Shown piece after piece: positions 36,498-47,881 of a stretch of DNA of 64,000 nucleotides. Source of the stretch: Myxococcales bacterium (GTDB lineage: Bacteria > Myxococcota_A > Polyangia > Nannocystales > Nannocystaceae); NCBI GenBank assembly GCA_020633295.1, contig JACKDW010000006.1, forward strand, positions 398,181 through 462,180, in the 5' to 3' direction. Under the pieces are notes generated by a model. The model had not been told where the DNA came from. It saw nothing but the letters and a program-made list of their open reading frames with translations, and searched no databases. The position numbers were made by a program, and so were the translations under genes. The number at the start of each line of letters is the position of its first letter. Position 1 is the first letter of the stretch.

Positions 36498-38189
36498 TCA
36501 GGGCGCGTACTTGGTCAGCCAGAGGTTCGCGAAGTCGCCGGCCGAGTACTCGCTGCCCGCCGCGTAGATGTTCCCGTACGCGTCGACCGCGACCGCGAGC
36601 GCGCGATCGTTGCCCGCCGGGCCCATGTGGATCTGCTGCCACAGCGGCTCGACGCCGGCGCTGTACTTGAGCACGATCGCGTCGGCGAGCGTGTCGATCG
36701 CGTACGTGCTGCCCGCGACGACGACGTTGCCGTCGCCGTCGACCGCGACGCCGTAGCCGATGTCGTTGTCGGCGCCGTCGCTGTCGAACCACTCGACCCA
36801 CAGCTGCTCGCCGTCGACCGCCGAGTAGCCGCCGATCCAGATGTTCGTGAGGTCATCCGGGGTGTAGGTCTCGCCGACCATCACGAGGTTGCCCTCGCCG
36901 TCGACCGCGGCCGCGCGTCCGCGATCGACGCCGCCCCAGTTGTCGATGGTCTGCGTCCACTCGATCACGCCGACCGGGCTGTAGCTGCGGAGGAAGAAGT
37001 CGTCGAGGCCGATGAACGCGTAGGCGCCCCCGACCACGAAGATCTGGCCGTCCTGGCCGACGGAGACGCCGTAGCCGCCGTCGTTGCCGCCCTCGTGGTC
37101 GTACTCGTTGATCCACCACTCATCGCCCTCGGGGCCGAACTTCGCGGTCCACACGTCGGTGAGGCCGATCAGGTGATAGGACTCGCCGGTGACGATGATG
37201 TTGTCGTCGGCGTCGACCGCGACGCCGCGCGCCGCGTCGCCGAGGCCGTCGTCGCCGTTGATCTGCAGGGTCCACAGCTCGTTGCCGTCGTTGTCGGCCT
37301 TGCGGATCCAGATGTCCGCGTTGTTGCCGGCCTCGAACACCTCGCCGACGACGACGATGTTGTCCTCGCGATCGATCGCCACGCCGCGCGCCGCGTCGAC
37401 GCCCCCGCCCGGGCCGTCGATGCTCTGGGACCACAGCAGCTCGCCCTCCGACGAGTACTTGCGGATCATGATGTTCGCGTTCTCGCCGACCACGAAGGTC
37501 TCGCCGACCACGAACACGTCGCCGCTCGAGTCGACGGCGACGCCGTGCGCGATCGAGTTGCCCGCGTCCTCGCCGGGGTAGACGTCGGTCCACAGCGGCG
37601 TGCCCGAGACCACGCAGTCGACGTTGCAGCCGTCGCCGTTCACGTCATCGCCGTCGTCGCACGCCTCGGCGTCGGGCGGCCCGTTCTGCGCCCCGTCGCC
37701 GCAGTAGTCCGCGAGGCTGCAGTCGGGGGCGCAGCCGCCGTAGCTGTCGTCGTTGACGCCGTCGTCGCAGGCCTCGACGCCCGCGTGCACGAGCCCGTCC
37801 CCGCACGACGCCGGCTGGCACGCGCTGGTGCAGGCCGCGTCGTCGGCGTTCGCCGGCCCGTCGTCGCAGCCCTCGCCCTCCTCGACCTGTCCGTTGCCGC
37901 AGGCGGGCTCGGGGCACTGGCACTCGCCGAAGCCGCTGCCGTCGTCGAGGCAGTCCGCGAGGCCCGCGGCGCCGCCGTCGCAGGCGCACGCCTGCTGCTC
38001 CCCCGGCGCGCACGCGGGCTCGCCCTCGCTCTCCGAGCCGGTCGGCCCCGCGGTCGTCGCGGCCGCGTCGCTGTCGCTCGCGCCGTCGCTGTCGCTCGTC
38101 GAGCCGACGACGTCATCGCCGCAGCTCACGCTCGCCGCCATTAAGAACAAAAGGACAGGTTGAACCGCGCCGCGGGTCGACTGAATCAT
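36498..38189 (-). CDS. Lipoprotein with Myxococcus cysteine-rich repeats and a beta-propeller repeat domain
   Basis: Signal with lipobox LLFLMAASVSCG. Repeats of CGNGxxExGExCDDG...C (ACGNGQVEEGEGCDDG, SCGDGLVHAGVEACDDG, YCGDGAQNGPPDAEACDDGDDVNGDGC). Eight or more units of the form G.AVD..GN..V.G.T type (SBBP-like). Confidence 0.75.
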   Translation of the reverse strand: MIQSTRGAVQPVLLFLMAASVSCGDDVVGSTSDSDGASDSDAAATTAGPTGSESEGEPACAPGEQQACACDGGAAGLADCLDDGSGFGECQCPEPACGNGQVEEGEGCDDGPANADDAACTSACQPASCGDGLVHAGVEACDDGVNDDSYGGCAPDCSLADYCGDGAQNGPPDAEACDDGDDVNGDGCNVDCVVSGTPLWTDVYPGEDAGNSIAHGVAVDSSGDVFVVGETFVVGENANIMIRKYSSEGELLWSQSIDGPGGGVDAARGVAIDREDNIVVVGEVFEAGNNADIWIRKADNDGNELWTLQINGDDGLGDAARGVAVDADDNIIVTGESYHLIGLTDVWTAKFGPEGDEWWINEYDHEGGNDGGYGVSVGQDGQIFVVGGAYAFIGLDDFFLRSYSPVGVIEWTQTIDNWGGVDRGRAAAVDGEGNLVMVGETYTPDDLTNIWIGGYSAVDGEQLWVEWFDSDGADNDIGYGVAVDGDGNVVVAGSTYAIDTLADAIVLKYSAGVEPLWQQIHMGPAGNDRALAVAVDAYGNIYAAGSEYSAGDFANLWLTKYAP

Positions 38190-38239
38190 CGCGAGACCGT
38201 AGCACGAGCGCGCGGTTTCGCGCGCGCCCGTCGACCTCC

Positions 38240-41200
38240 CTAGGTCGCCGCCGATGGATCTCCCGCGTCGTCGTCGGCGGACGCGTCGCCGCCGGCCGTC
38301 TCCGCCGCCTGGTTGACGTCCTCTGCAGACGGGTCACCCTCCGCCGCTTCCTCCGCGTCACCGGGGCCTGCGGCGGGCTCGTCACCGTGCTCCGTCGCCG
38401 CGTCGGCTGGGTCGCTCCCGGACGCGGGCGAGGTCCCGCCGCCGGCCTCGTCACCGTCGTGCTCGTCGTCCCCGCCGGCGCTCGTCTCGTCGCCCGCGGC
38501 GTCGTCGCCAGTCTCCGAGTCGGCCGCGTCCTCCGCAGGCGTCTCGGCCTCTGCGGCGCCGTCGTCCGCGGAATCGCCGGCCTCCGACTGGGCCTCCGCG
38601 TCGTCCTGCGCGGTCTCTTCTGTATTGCTGACGTCGTCACCGTCGTCGGTCGCCGAGGTCGCCGAGGTCGCCGAGGTCGCCGAGGTCGCCTGGATGTCTT
38701 CCGAAGCCGCCTCGGTCGCCTCCGAAGCGCCGTCCTCCGAGGTCACCGCGGTATCCGCCCCGGCGCCGTCGTCCCCGGAATCCGTGCCGGTCTCCTGGAC
38801 TTCCTCCGCGACGTCGTCGGCGCTCGTGTTGGTCCCCTCCGCGACGGGATCGGAGCTCGCGTCCGCCTCGACGTCCTCCGCGACGAGCTCGGAGCTCGCG
38901 TCCGGGTTCGACACGTGCGCCGCCCCGGTGTCCTCGGTCCCCTCCGCCTCGACCGACTCCGCGCCGTCCTCGGTCCCCTCCGCCTCCGACGCGGGCGCCG
39001 CGACCTGCTCCGAGACGTCATCAGCGCTCGTGTCCACGGGCGCGTCGTTCTGCGCCGGACCCTCAAGCTCGACACCATCCGCGTCTTGGGCCTCGCGCTC
39101 GTCCTCAACCGCCGGGTCCGCGGGAGCCCCGTCGTCGGTCGGCGCCTCGCCCCCGCGATCGGCGTCGTCCCCGGGCGCTGTCACGACCCCTTGCACGCTC
39201 CCGGGCGCGGCCTCGGCCTCCGTCGCGTCCGCGAAGCTCGCCGGCGCGTCCGTCGCGAGCGCCTCGGCCTCGACGTCCCCTACGCCGTCCTCGGCGGCAT
39301 CATCCGCGGCGTCCTCCTTCTGCGCCGCGGGTGCGCTGGCTGGCTCGAGCGACAGCAGGCGCGCGCGCCCGATGCTCAGGTCGTCGCTCAGCATGCGCTC
39401 GTGGGCCAGCGGATCGCCGCGCTCGAGCGCCCCGGGCTCGCCGTCGCCGAGCAGCTGCCGGACCCCGCGCCGCGAGCCGTAGTAGCTGCCGCGCTTGTGG
39501 TCCTCGTCCGTGTTGCAGCGCCGCACCAGCGAGCGCGAGATCGGCGGGAAGTTCAGCATCTCGAGGGCGCGGTCCCACAGCTGCCCCAGCCGGTTCTGGT
39601 CGGCGGGGTACTCGAGCAGGCTGGCGAGCAGCAGCAGCAGCCCCGCGCGCCGCCCCGCGATCGTGTCGATCGGCGCGCGCCCGCCGAGGTGCCCGAGGTC
39701 GACCGCGCGCCACCACGCCTCGGCCGCGATCAGCATGCGCTTGAGCTCCTGCGGCGTGTGGCTGAGCCACGAGTTGAACATGACCTCCGCGATGAGCCCG
39801 CCGGGCGCGTCGGGATCCTTGAGGTAGCGGACGACCGCAGGCAGGCGGCCCAGGTCCTGCGCCGGCCCGTCGCCCGTGGGCACGTCGGCGGGCGCGTGCG
39901 CCGGGCTATAAAAGCCCGCGCCGCGGAACGCGTAGAAGCGCTCGGCCTCCCCCGGCAGCTCGTCCCACAGCTCGCTGTACTGCGTGACGCGGTTCATGCT
40001 GCCGGCCGACCAGCCGAGCCCGCGCGCCGCCTCGCCGCTGACCTGCGAGGCCGCGACGCCCGGGTCCCGCGGGATCGCGCCGTCGCGCGTGTCCTCGGCG
40101 ATCTCGATCAGCGTGAAGTCGAGGAAGCCGTCGTAGTAGTCGGCCTTGCCGTCGTGGTTGATGTCCTCGTAGCGCGCGGCGACGCTGCGGTGCGCGGGGC
40201 CGACGAACTGCACGAAGCCCTCGACGCGCTGCTGCTTGTGATACCACTGCGCGTCGCGGATCCGCGCGTCGATCTGGACGAAGGACTCGCCGGCCGCGAA
40301 GCCCTGCAAGATCGCGTGAAAGCAGTCACAGGCCTCGGAGTCGACGATCTTGTGGCTGCTGTCGGTGCGGAAGAAGGTCGAGTCCCACGACGAGTAGATA
40401 TCGGCCTCGGGGAACATGCGCGAGATCGCGAAGCGCGTCGTCAGGCCGGCGCACTGGCAGTTGATCATGAGCTTGTAGCCGCGCTGCGCGATCGCGACGG
40501 TCGCCGCGGCCATGTCGTTCGCGCCGAGGTTGGCGTGGCGGCTGATGCAGCTGCCGGCGAAGTACGCCTCGCCCATCTCGAAGTTCTCCTCGCGCGGGCT
40601 CGACGCGCGCGCGAACAGCTGAATGACCTGTCCCTTCGGTCCTTTAAAAGGAGCCTCGAGCACGCGGTAGCCCCGCCAGCCGGGCGGACTGGGCGCGTCC
40701 GCCGGGAGCTCGACCTCGGCGAACTTGTACTTGTCCCGCATGATCTCGTACTCGCCCTCGTGGAAGTCGTGGGCCGAGACGAACGCGAACCGCCAGACCT
40801 CCCCCAGCTGCTCGTACGGGGGCGCCTCGCGCAGGAGCCCGCGCCGGAGCGCGACCGCGCGGGCCTTGTGCGCCTCGGACAGCGCGGGCCCGCGCTGCGC
40901 CAGCAGCTGGATCGCGTGGGCCCGCAGCTCGGCGCGCGCGCCCTCGCCGACCTCGTCGTCGATGAGCCCGAAGATCGCCTCGGCGGCCGCGTCCGCGAGC
41001 GCGCGGAACTCCGGATCCTTGAGCACGGTCGCCAGCAGGTGCGAGAGCACGGTCAGCGCGGCCGAGCGCAGCTGCACCGCGTCGATCCCGGCCGCGCGCG
41101 CCTCCTCGCGCGAGGGCGACGCGGCCGCGAGGATCGCCCGCAGCTGCGCGAGCAGGCCCGCCCCCTGGGCCGTCGTGAGCCGCTCGTCGCGGGGCGCCTG

Positions 41201-41734
41201 CTCCGGGTGGAACGCGCTGGTGGGGAACAGCTGTTCGAAGGTCGTGGTCCGCCGCGACGAGACCCAGCGCGCCGCGTTGACCATGACGTCGAGCGCGTCG
41301 AGGCCCCGCGGCGCGGGCTGCCCGCCCTCGCCGGCGAGCGTGCCGTCCTCGCGCAGCAGCAGCGGCGCCGCCCCGAACATTCCTTCGGTCAGGTTGATCG
41401 CCGGGCGCTCGTCCCCCGCCAGCCCCTGCCCGTCCGCCTCGCGCAGGCGACACCGCAGGCCCGCGCCGTCGCCGAACTCGAGCAGCAGCCGGCGACCGAC
41501 CGCCGACCGCAGGCGCGCGCGTCCGTCCGCGCCGAGCGCCTCGTCCACGCGCAGATGAAAGGCCCGCGCGCCGCCGCAGAGCAGCTGCGCGCCCGCGTCG
41601 CCGCGCGCCTGTTCGAAGCTCGTGGCCGCCGACGTACCCGCCGCGACCACGACGCCCGTGAGCGCGACATCCTCGGTCTGGGCGACCGCGTCGGCCCCGG
41701 ACGAAGGCAACCATATCTTTACTTCGCTCGGCAT
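38240..41734 (-). CDS. Large hypothetical protein: about 740-aa globular N-terminal region and a 420-aa hyper-acidic low-complexity C-terminal tail
   Basis: N-terminal region contains conserved-looking Cys and His residues (MINCQCAGLTTRF, ACDCFHAILQGFAAGESF). The tail is Asp/Glu/Ala/Thr/Ser/Gly-rich with (SAT)n. Confidence 0.7.
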   Translation of the reverse strand: MPSEVKIWLPSSGADAVAQTEDVALTGVVVAAGTSAATSFEQARGDAGAQLLCGGARAFHLRVDEALGADGRARLRSAVGRRLLLEFGDGAGLRCRLREADGQGLAGDERPAINLTEGMFGAAPLLLREDGTLAGEGGQPAPRGLDALDVMVNAARWVSSRRTTTFEQLFPTSAFHPEQAPRDERLTTAQGAGLLAQLRAILAAASPSREEARAAGIDAVQLRSAALTVLSHLLATVLKDPEFRALADAAAEAIFGLIDDEVGEGARAELRAHAIQLLAQRGPALSEAHKARAVALRRGLLREAPPYEQLGEVWRFAFVSAHDFHEGEYEIMRDKYKFAEVELPADAPSPPGWRGYRVLEAPFKGPKGQVIQLFARASSPREENFEMGEAYFAGSCISRHANLGANDMAAATVAIAQRGYKLMINCQCAGLTTRFAISRMFPEADIYSSWDSTFFRTDSSHKIVDSEACDCFHAILQGFAAGESFVQIDARIRDAQWYHKQQRVEGFVQFVGPAHRSVAARYEDINHDGKADYYDGFLDFTLIEIAEDTRDGAIPRDPGVAASQVSGEAARGLGWSAGSMNRVTQYSELWDELPGEAERFYAFRGAGFYSPAHAPADVPTGDGPAQDLGRLPAVVRYLKDPDAPGGLIAEVMFNSWLSHTPQELKRMLIAAEAWWRAVDLGHLGGRAPIDTIAGRRAGLLLLLASLLEYPADQNRLGQLWDRALEMLNFPPISRSLVRRCNTDEDHKRGSYYGSRRGVRQLLGDGEPGALERGDPLAHERMLSDDLSIGRARLLSLEPASAPAAQKEDAADDAAEDGVGDVEAEALATDAPASFADATEAEAAPGSVQGVVTAPGDDADRGGEAPTDDGAPADPAVEDEREAQDADGVELEGPAQNDAPVDTSADDVSEQVAAPASEAEGTEDGAESVEAEGTEDTGAAHVSNPDASSELVAEDVEADASSDPVAEGTNTSADDVAEEVQETGTDSGDDGAGADTAVTSEDGASEATEAASEDIQATSATSATSATSATDDGDDVSNTEETAQDDAEAQSEAGDSADDGAAEAETPAEDAADSETGDDAAGDETSAGGDDEHDGDEAGGGTSPASGSDPADAATEHGDEPAAGPGDAEEAAEGDPSAEDVNQAAETAGGDASADDDAGDPSAAT
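38649..38692. repeat. 9-bp tandem repeat (gtcgccgag, about 4.8 copies) inside the coding sequence, encoding (SAT)n on the minus strand
   Basis: Direct reading: cgccgaggtcgccgaggtcgccgaggtcgccgaggtcgcc. Confidence 0.6.
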
Positions 41735-41995
41735 CCTGATCCTTCTCTCCCGCGGCGCCGCGGTCCGCGAGTTCGCGGCGCGGCGACGCCTGCGGCCGGA
41801 CGCGAAGCTAGCACAACCGCCTCGAGGATTCGGTCCGCAACAGCCCGTAGCGCCTCGCGTATCCCGATCCTCGTGCGCGGTGTTGACGGGACAGGATCTT
41901 CGGCGCGATACAGCCGCGGATCGAGGACTCGCCCGACGAGCCAGCCGACGCGATCCGAGGAGGTCGCGCGCCCGCGGCGAACGGCTGACGCGCCG

Positions 41996-42883
41996 CTACT
42001 CGCTCGAGGCGCCGCGGGCGATCGCGTCGATGTAGCCGCGGTACGCCGCGATCATGCGCCGAGTGACAGGTCCGACCTGCCCGCCGTGGACCGCGACGCC
42101 GTCGAGCCGCGTGACCGGCATGACGCCGCGCACCGACGACGTCAGGAACACCTCGTCGGCCGCGCGCAGCTCGGCGGGCATGATCGTCACCTCCTCGACC
42201 TGCAGCCCCTGCGCGGCGGCCAGCTCGACGACGACGGTCCGCGTGATGCCCTTGAGCAGCCCGGTCTCGAACGACGGCGTCAGCACGCGGCCGCCCGCGA
42301 CCATGAACACGTTGCTGGTCGCGCCCTCGGCGACCGCGCCGGCCGCGTTACAGAGGATCGCGTCCTCGGCGTCGCCGTCGATCGCCTGGCGCAGCGCGAG
42401 GATGCTGTTGAGGTAGTTGCCGGTCTTGAGCGACGGGTCGAGCTGCAGCCGCCCCGGCTTGAGCACGTCGACGATCGCCGCCGAGATGCCGCGCTCGTAG
42501 AGTTCGGGCGGCAGGGGCTGGAGCGCCTTGACGATCACGACGAGCAGCGGCGCGCCCGAGACCCGCGGATCGAGCATCAGCGGCCCCGTTCCGCGGGTGA
42601 GGATGATGCGAATGTAGGAGTCGGGGTTGCCGGCCGCGTCGCACGTCTCGCGCACGACCCGACGGATCGCCTCGTCGCTGTGCGGCACGTCGAGCCCGAT
42701 GCCCGCCGCGCTCGCGCGCAGGCGAACGAGGTGCCGGCGCATGTCGACGAACCGCCCGCCGGCGGTGCGCAGCGTCTCGTAGACGCTGTCGCCATACAGG
42801 AAGCCGCGGTCGAACACGCTGATGCTCGCCTCGGCCGGATCGAGCGGCCGACCCGCAGTGGAGAGATAGACTTTGATCGGCAT
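41996..42883 (-). CDS. Class IV (fold type IV) PLP-dependent aminotransferase (branched-chain or D-amino-acid aminotransferase, or aminodeoxychorismate lyase family)
   Basis: Length 295 aa. FDRGFLYGDSVYETLR, EVFLTSSVRGVMPVTRLDG and NVFMVAGGRVLTP are characteristic of IlvE/Dat/PabC. Confidence 0.8.
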   Translation of the reverse strand: MPIKVYLSTAGRPLDPAEASISVFDRGFLYGDSVYETLRTAGGRFVDMRRHLVRLRASAAGIGLDVPHSDEAIRRVVRETCDAAGNPDSYIRIILTRGTGPLMLDPRVSGAPLLVVIVKALQPLPPELYERGISAAIVDVLKPGRLQLDPSLKTGNYLNSILALRQAIDGDAEDAILCNAAGAVAEGATSNVFMVAGGRVLTPSFETGLLKGITRTVVVELAAAQGLQVEEVTIMPAELRAADEVFLTSSVRGVMPVTRLDGVAVHGGQVGPVTRRMIAAYRGYIDAIARGASSE

Positions 42884-43200
42884 AACCTCGGGGCGCCCGA
42901 GTATTCCCCACGACGCCGCGCGTCGCCAGGAGCGAGCCCTCTCGCGCGCCCCACGAGGGCTCTCTGAGTCTCACGGAGTCACGCGCGCCGCCGTGCGGTC
43001 CACGCGGTCCACTCCCGGACGACGCGACAGCGCGGACACGCCGATGCAGGTGTCCTCAAGATCTACTGATTCGCTTGCAGCGCGACGACGCGGCGCGGCT
43101 GCGCGGACCGCCAGGTTGAGCGGGTGAACGGCTCCTGTTAGCATGCCCAGCGAAAACCGGGTAACGCTCCTGCCAAGCCGATCCGAACACGGGTACCACG

Positions 43201-43821
43201 TTGCGAAAAATCCGCTGCCATTATCCTTCGGGTCAGGCGTTCCTCGACGCCCTTGAGACGCCCAAGGAGCCCAACTCGCTGCAGGTCTACACGACGGAGC
43301 GCTTTGACCCGGGTGAAGAGATCCTCGTCGAGGTGTACTACTCGGGGCTGGCGTCCAAGGTGATGATCCGCGCGATCGGCATGCGCTGGCACACCGCGCG
43401 CCCGCGCCTGCGCGTTCGCGCGGGCGGCGTGCTGCGCTGCACCGGGAGCGAGTGGCGCAAGCTCCAGTTCATCCGCGACGTCGTGATCGGCAGCGCCGAG
43501 CTCACCCAGCGGCGACGACACCTGCGACACCCGGTGCTCGTCGAGATCCGCTGGCGGTGCACGGGCGATCGCGAGTTCACGCGCGGCACGATCACCGAGC
43601 TGTCGGAGACCGGCGCGCTGCTGCTATCGCGCGCGCGCCCGAGGACCGACGAGGAGCTGATCATCGAGATCACGCCGCCCGGCAGCGCGCGCCCGCTCGA
43701 GGTGCTCTCGGTGGTCCGCAACAACGACAACGAGCAGGGCGCGGGCGTCGAATTTCAGGCCCGCGACATGGGCGGCGTGCACCGGATCCGCGAGGTCATC
43801 CGGCGCATCGTCGACGAGTAG
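43201..43821 (+). CDS. PilZ-domain protein (putative c-di-GMP effector)
   Basis: RRRHLRHPV (RxxxR) and TITELSETGALL (D/E.S..G) motifs. An N-terminal PilZ-like half is also present. Confidence 0.6.
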   Translation: MRKIRCHYPSGQAFLDALETPKEPNSLQVYTTERFDPGEEILVEVYYSGLASKVMIRAIGMRWHTARPRLRVRAGGVLRCTGSEWRKLQFIRDVVIGSAELTQRRRHLRHPVLVEIRWRCTGDREFTRGTITELSETGALLLSRARPRTDEELIIEITPPGSARPLEVLSVVRNNDNEQGAGVEFQARDMGGVHRIREVIRRIVDE

Positions 43822-44247
43822 GCCTGCGCGTCAGGGGTGCTCGCAGCGGGCGCGCTCGACGACTCGCAGCTTCAGCGGCGCCTCGGCCGTCAGCGTGAGC
43901 TCGCGGCCGCGGCGAACGTGCACCCGACGTCGCGCCTCGTCTCCCGTCGCGCCGTCGCGCGCGGTGATCCGCAGGGAGCCGCCGCGGCGCCCCTCGGGGC
44001 CCTCCGCGCACTCCTGCGGCACGAGCTCGATGTCGCCGACCTCGAAGACCAGCTGGCGATCGGGCTCGACGACGACGCAGACCCGCGGCGGTCCGTCGCG
44101 CTCGCAGCTCCGCGAGCGCTCGCGGGTCCAGCCCGTCGCGCTCGCGCACCCGAGCGCCGGCGTGACCGCGAGCACGAGGGCCAGCAGCCGCGCGCCGACC
44201 CTTCGCGGGCTTTCGCGACGATCCGCAGCGTGGCAGACTCGGGCGCG

Positions 44248-44790
44248 ATGCGACGGCCGTGGCGACACACGCGACGCGACAAGGGACGCGAGCTCGCGCG
44301 GCGCGGCCCCGTGAGCGTCTCGTCGCCCACCTGGTCCCTGATCAACCGCATCGTCCCGCCGCACGTCGTCCAGATGCTGCGGATTCGCGACGCCTGGCCG
44401 CGCGTCGCGCGAGGACGACTGCGCGACTACACGTGGCCCGCGAAGGTCGACGGCACAACCCTGATCGTCAACGTGCATGACAATCAGTGGCTACACGAGA
44501 TGCAGTACTTACGCCAGGCGCTGACGGAGCGGCTGATCGCCGTGTGTCCGCGCGCGGGCGTCGACGCCATCCTGCCGCGCCTGGCTCCCCGTCAGCCGGA
44601 GCGCGAGGCGACGCCCGAGCCCGCACCACCGCCGGCTGAGCCCGCGCCTGTCGCGGTGCTGTCCGAGGAGCCCGATCACGACACGCTGCGGGCGCTCGAG
44701 GCGGTACACGACCCCCAGCTCAAGCACCTGCTCGCGCGCGTCCGCGTGATGTTGGGGCGCACGCCGGAGCGCAACCGCGGTCAGGAGTGA
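44248..44790 (+). CDS. DUF721 (DciA-like) domain protein
   Basis: LRIRDAWPRVARGRLRDYTWPAKVDGTTLIVNVHDNQWLHEMQYLRQALTERL matches the DUF721 pattern (W...G......P....DG.L.V.V.SS.W..EL..L). Start is placed at the internal ATG 44248; the upstream part of track ORF 43837 is Ala/Arg-rich. Confidence 0.55.
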   Translation: MRRPWRHTRRDKGRELARRGPVSVSSPTWSLINRIVPPHVVQMLRIRDAWPRVARGRLRDYTWPAKVDGTTLIVNVHDNQWLHEMQYLRQALTERLIAVCPRAGVDAILPRLAPRQPEREATPEPAPPPAEPAPVAVLSEEPDHDTLRALEAVHDPQLKHLLARVRVMLGRTPERNRGQE

Positions 44791-44913
44791 GCGTCCGCGA
44801 GCGGCGAGGTCACGGTTGCGCGTCTTCGCCGTGACCTGCATGATCCTGCCCGAGAGCGCGCGGATCGAGGTCGCGGCCCTGCAGACCCTCGAACACCGCC
44901 CGGAAAGACAGCC

Positions 44914-46647
<1,734 letters not shown>

Positions 46648-46698
46648 CGGGCTGCAGGACCGCGGCGGGTCGCCGACGACGCGACGACGACGCCGGCG

Positions 46699-47856
46699 TC
46701 AGGTCGTCACGCGCGGGCGGTCACCCGCGCCGCTGTCGGCGGGATCGAGCAGCTCGGTCGGCGAGACGTCCTCTTGCATGTCCGCGTCCGCCTCGCGCAT
46801 CGGGTCCTCGAGCGAGCGCGCGGCGATGTCGGGGTGCAAGAACCATCGACTCGCGGTGCGCTCCGAGAGCATGAAGTCGAACAGCAGGCCCGCGACCTTC
46901 TCGCGGCCGCTCGGCGACGGGTGCACGCCGTCCCAGATCACGTCCTCGCGCACGTAGGTCAGGCCGTTGTCGTTGCGCGGGACGACGCCGTCAGCCCACA
47001 GGTACGGGCCCCACTGCAGCCACGGGCTGCGCACCGGTCCCTTGGCGGGGTCGAAGTTGAGCTCGGGCTTGCCCGCGATCTGATCGCGAATCAGCCACTT
47101 CACCGCGAAGCCGCTCTCGTACGCGTGTGGTTCGGGGCTCAGCGGGATCTCGGAGTACCCGCCGTAGGCGCGGCTCGAGAGGTACGCGACCGCGAGGTTC
47201 GGGTAGCGCTCCGCGAGGATGTGCATCGTGTTGACGAGGCACGCGTAGAACTTGTGAACCTCGATCGGGAACTCCTGCGACGGCTGCTTGACCGAGCTCT
47301 TGATCCACACGGCCTGGACCTGCGCGTTGGTCAAGCCCGACTGCTCCACGCGGCGGTCGATCGTCGGCCAGTAGTTCGATCGCAGCGTCTCCATGATCTC
47401 CGCGGACTTCCGCGGCTGCGCGCCGTTGACGACGACGAGCGCCGGGTTGACCGCTTCGAACTCCGAGACCAGGTGCATAAACACCTGAAACTCGCTGTTC
47501 GTGTTGGACAGGCCGATGCCGACGAGCCCGATCTTCCCGTCGTCCGCCGGCGCGCCGTCCGGGCCGCGCGGGACGACGCCTACGGCCCGCTGCAGACCGG
47601 CGCCGTAGTGCTCCGGCGGCGGGTGATTCTGCCCGCCGGGATAGAGGCCGCCCTCCTCACCGCGATACTCGCTCCCCTTGAGCTCGTTGATCGGCGAACA
47701 ACCAATAGAGTCACGCGGCGGATGCTTTCGCGCGAATTCCGCCATGAACTTTGGTCGTCGCTTCGGTGCCCGATTCAAGGTCATCAGCGAGTCGCACCAA
47801 ACGATACCAGATGAACGAAGGGGCACATCGCGCGCCCCTCCCCATCCCGTAGCCAC
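46699..47856 (-). CDS. Putative hydrolase (possibly SGNH/GDSL-like esterase); last gene of the carrier-protein operon
   Basis: GLVGIGLSNTNSEF block; balanced composition. Spaced 26 nt from the upstream acyl-CoA-dehydrogenase gene. Start is uncertain (alternative MAEFARK at about 47745). The function call is weak. Confidence 0.45.
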   Translation of the reverse strand: MATGWGGARDVPLRSSGIVWCDSLMTLNRAPKRRPKFMAEFARKHPPRDSIGCSPINELKGSEYRGEEGGLYPGGQNHPPPEHYGAGLQRAVGVVPRGPDGAPADDGKIGLVGIGLSNTNSEFQVFMHLVSEFEAVNPALVVVNGAQPRKSAEIMETLRSNYWPTIDRRVEQSGLTNAQVQAVWIKSSVKQPSQEFPIEVHKFYACLVNTMHILAERYPNLAVAYLSSRAYGGYSEIPLSPEPHAYESGFAVKWLIRDQIAGKPELNFDPAKGPVRSPWLQWGPYLWADGVVPRNDNGLTYVREDVIWDGVHPSPSGREKVAGLLFDFMLSERTASRWFLHPDIAARSLEDPMREADADMQEDVSPTELLDPADSGAGDRPRVTT

Positions 47857-47881
47857 CCCGTCGCGTCGGGGCCCCGCCTCC

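Noticed and set aside
38649-38692. Short tandem repeat as a possible CRISPR array
   Set aside because: Units are only 9 bp with no spacers, and they lie in frame inside a coding low-complexity tail encoding (SAT)n. This is a coding microsatellite, not CRISPR.
38387-42967. 1526-aa ORF on the plus strand
   Set aside because: Antisense to the acidic-tail protein and the class IV aminotransferase. Arg/Ala/Gly-rich artefact.
43831-44478. 215-aa minus-strand ORF with an internal lipoprotein-like signal (LLALVLAVTPALGC)
   Set aside because: No in-frame ATG or GTG precedes the signal sequence with a proper n-region (the candidate Val codon is GTC). The full-length ORF would overlap the DUF721 gene, and its N-terminal 90 aa are Arg/Asp/Pro-rich. 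A small lipoprotein using a non-canonical start is possible but unsupported.
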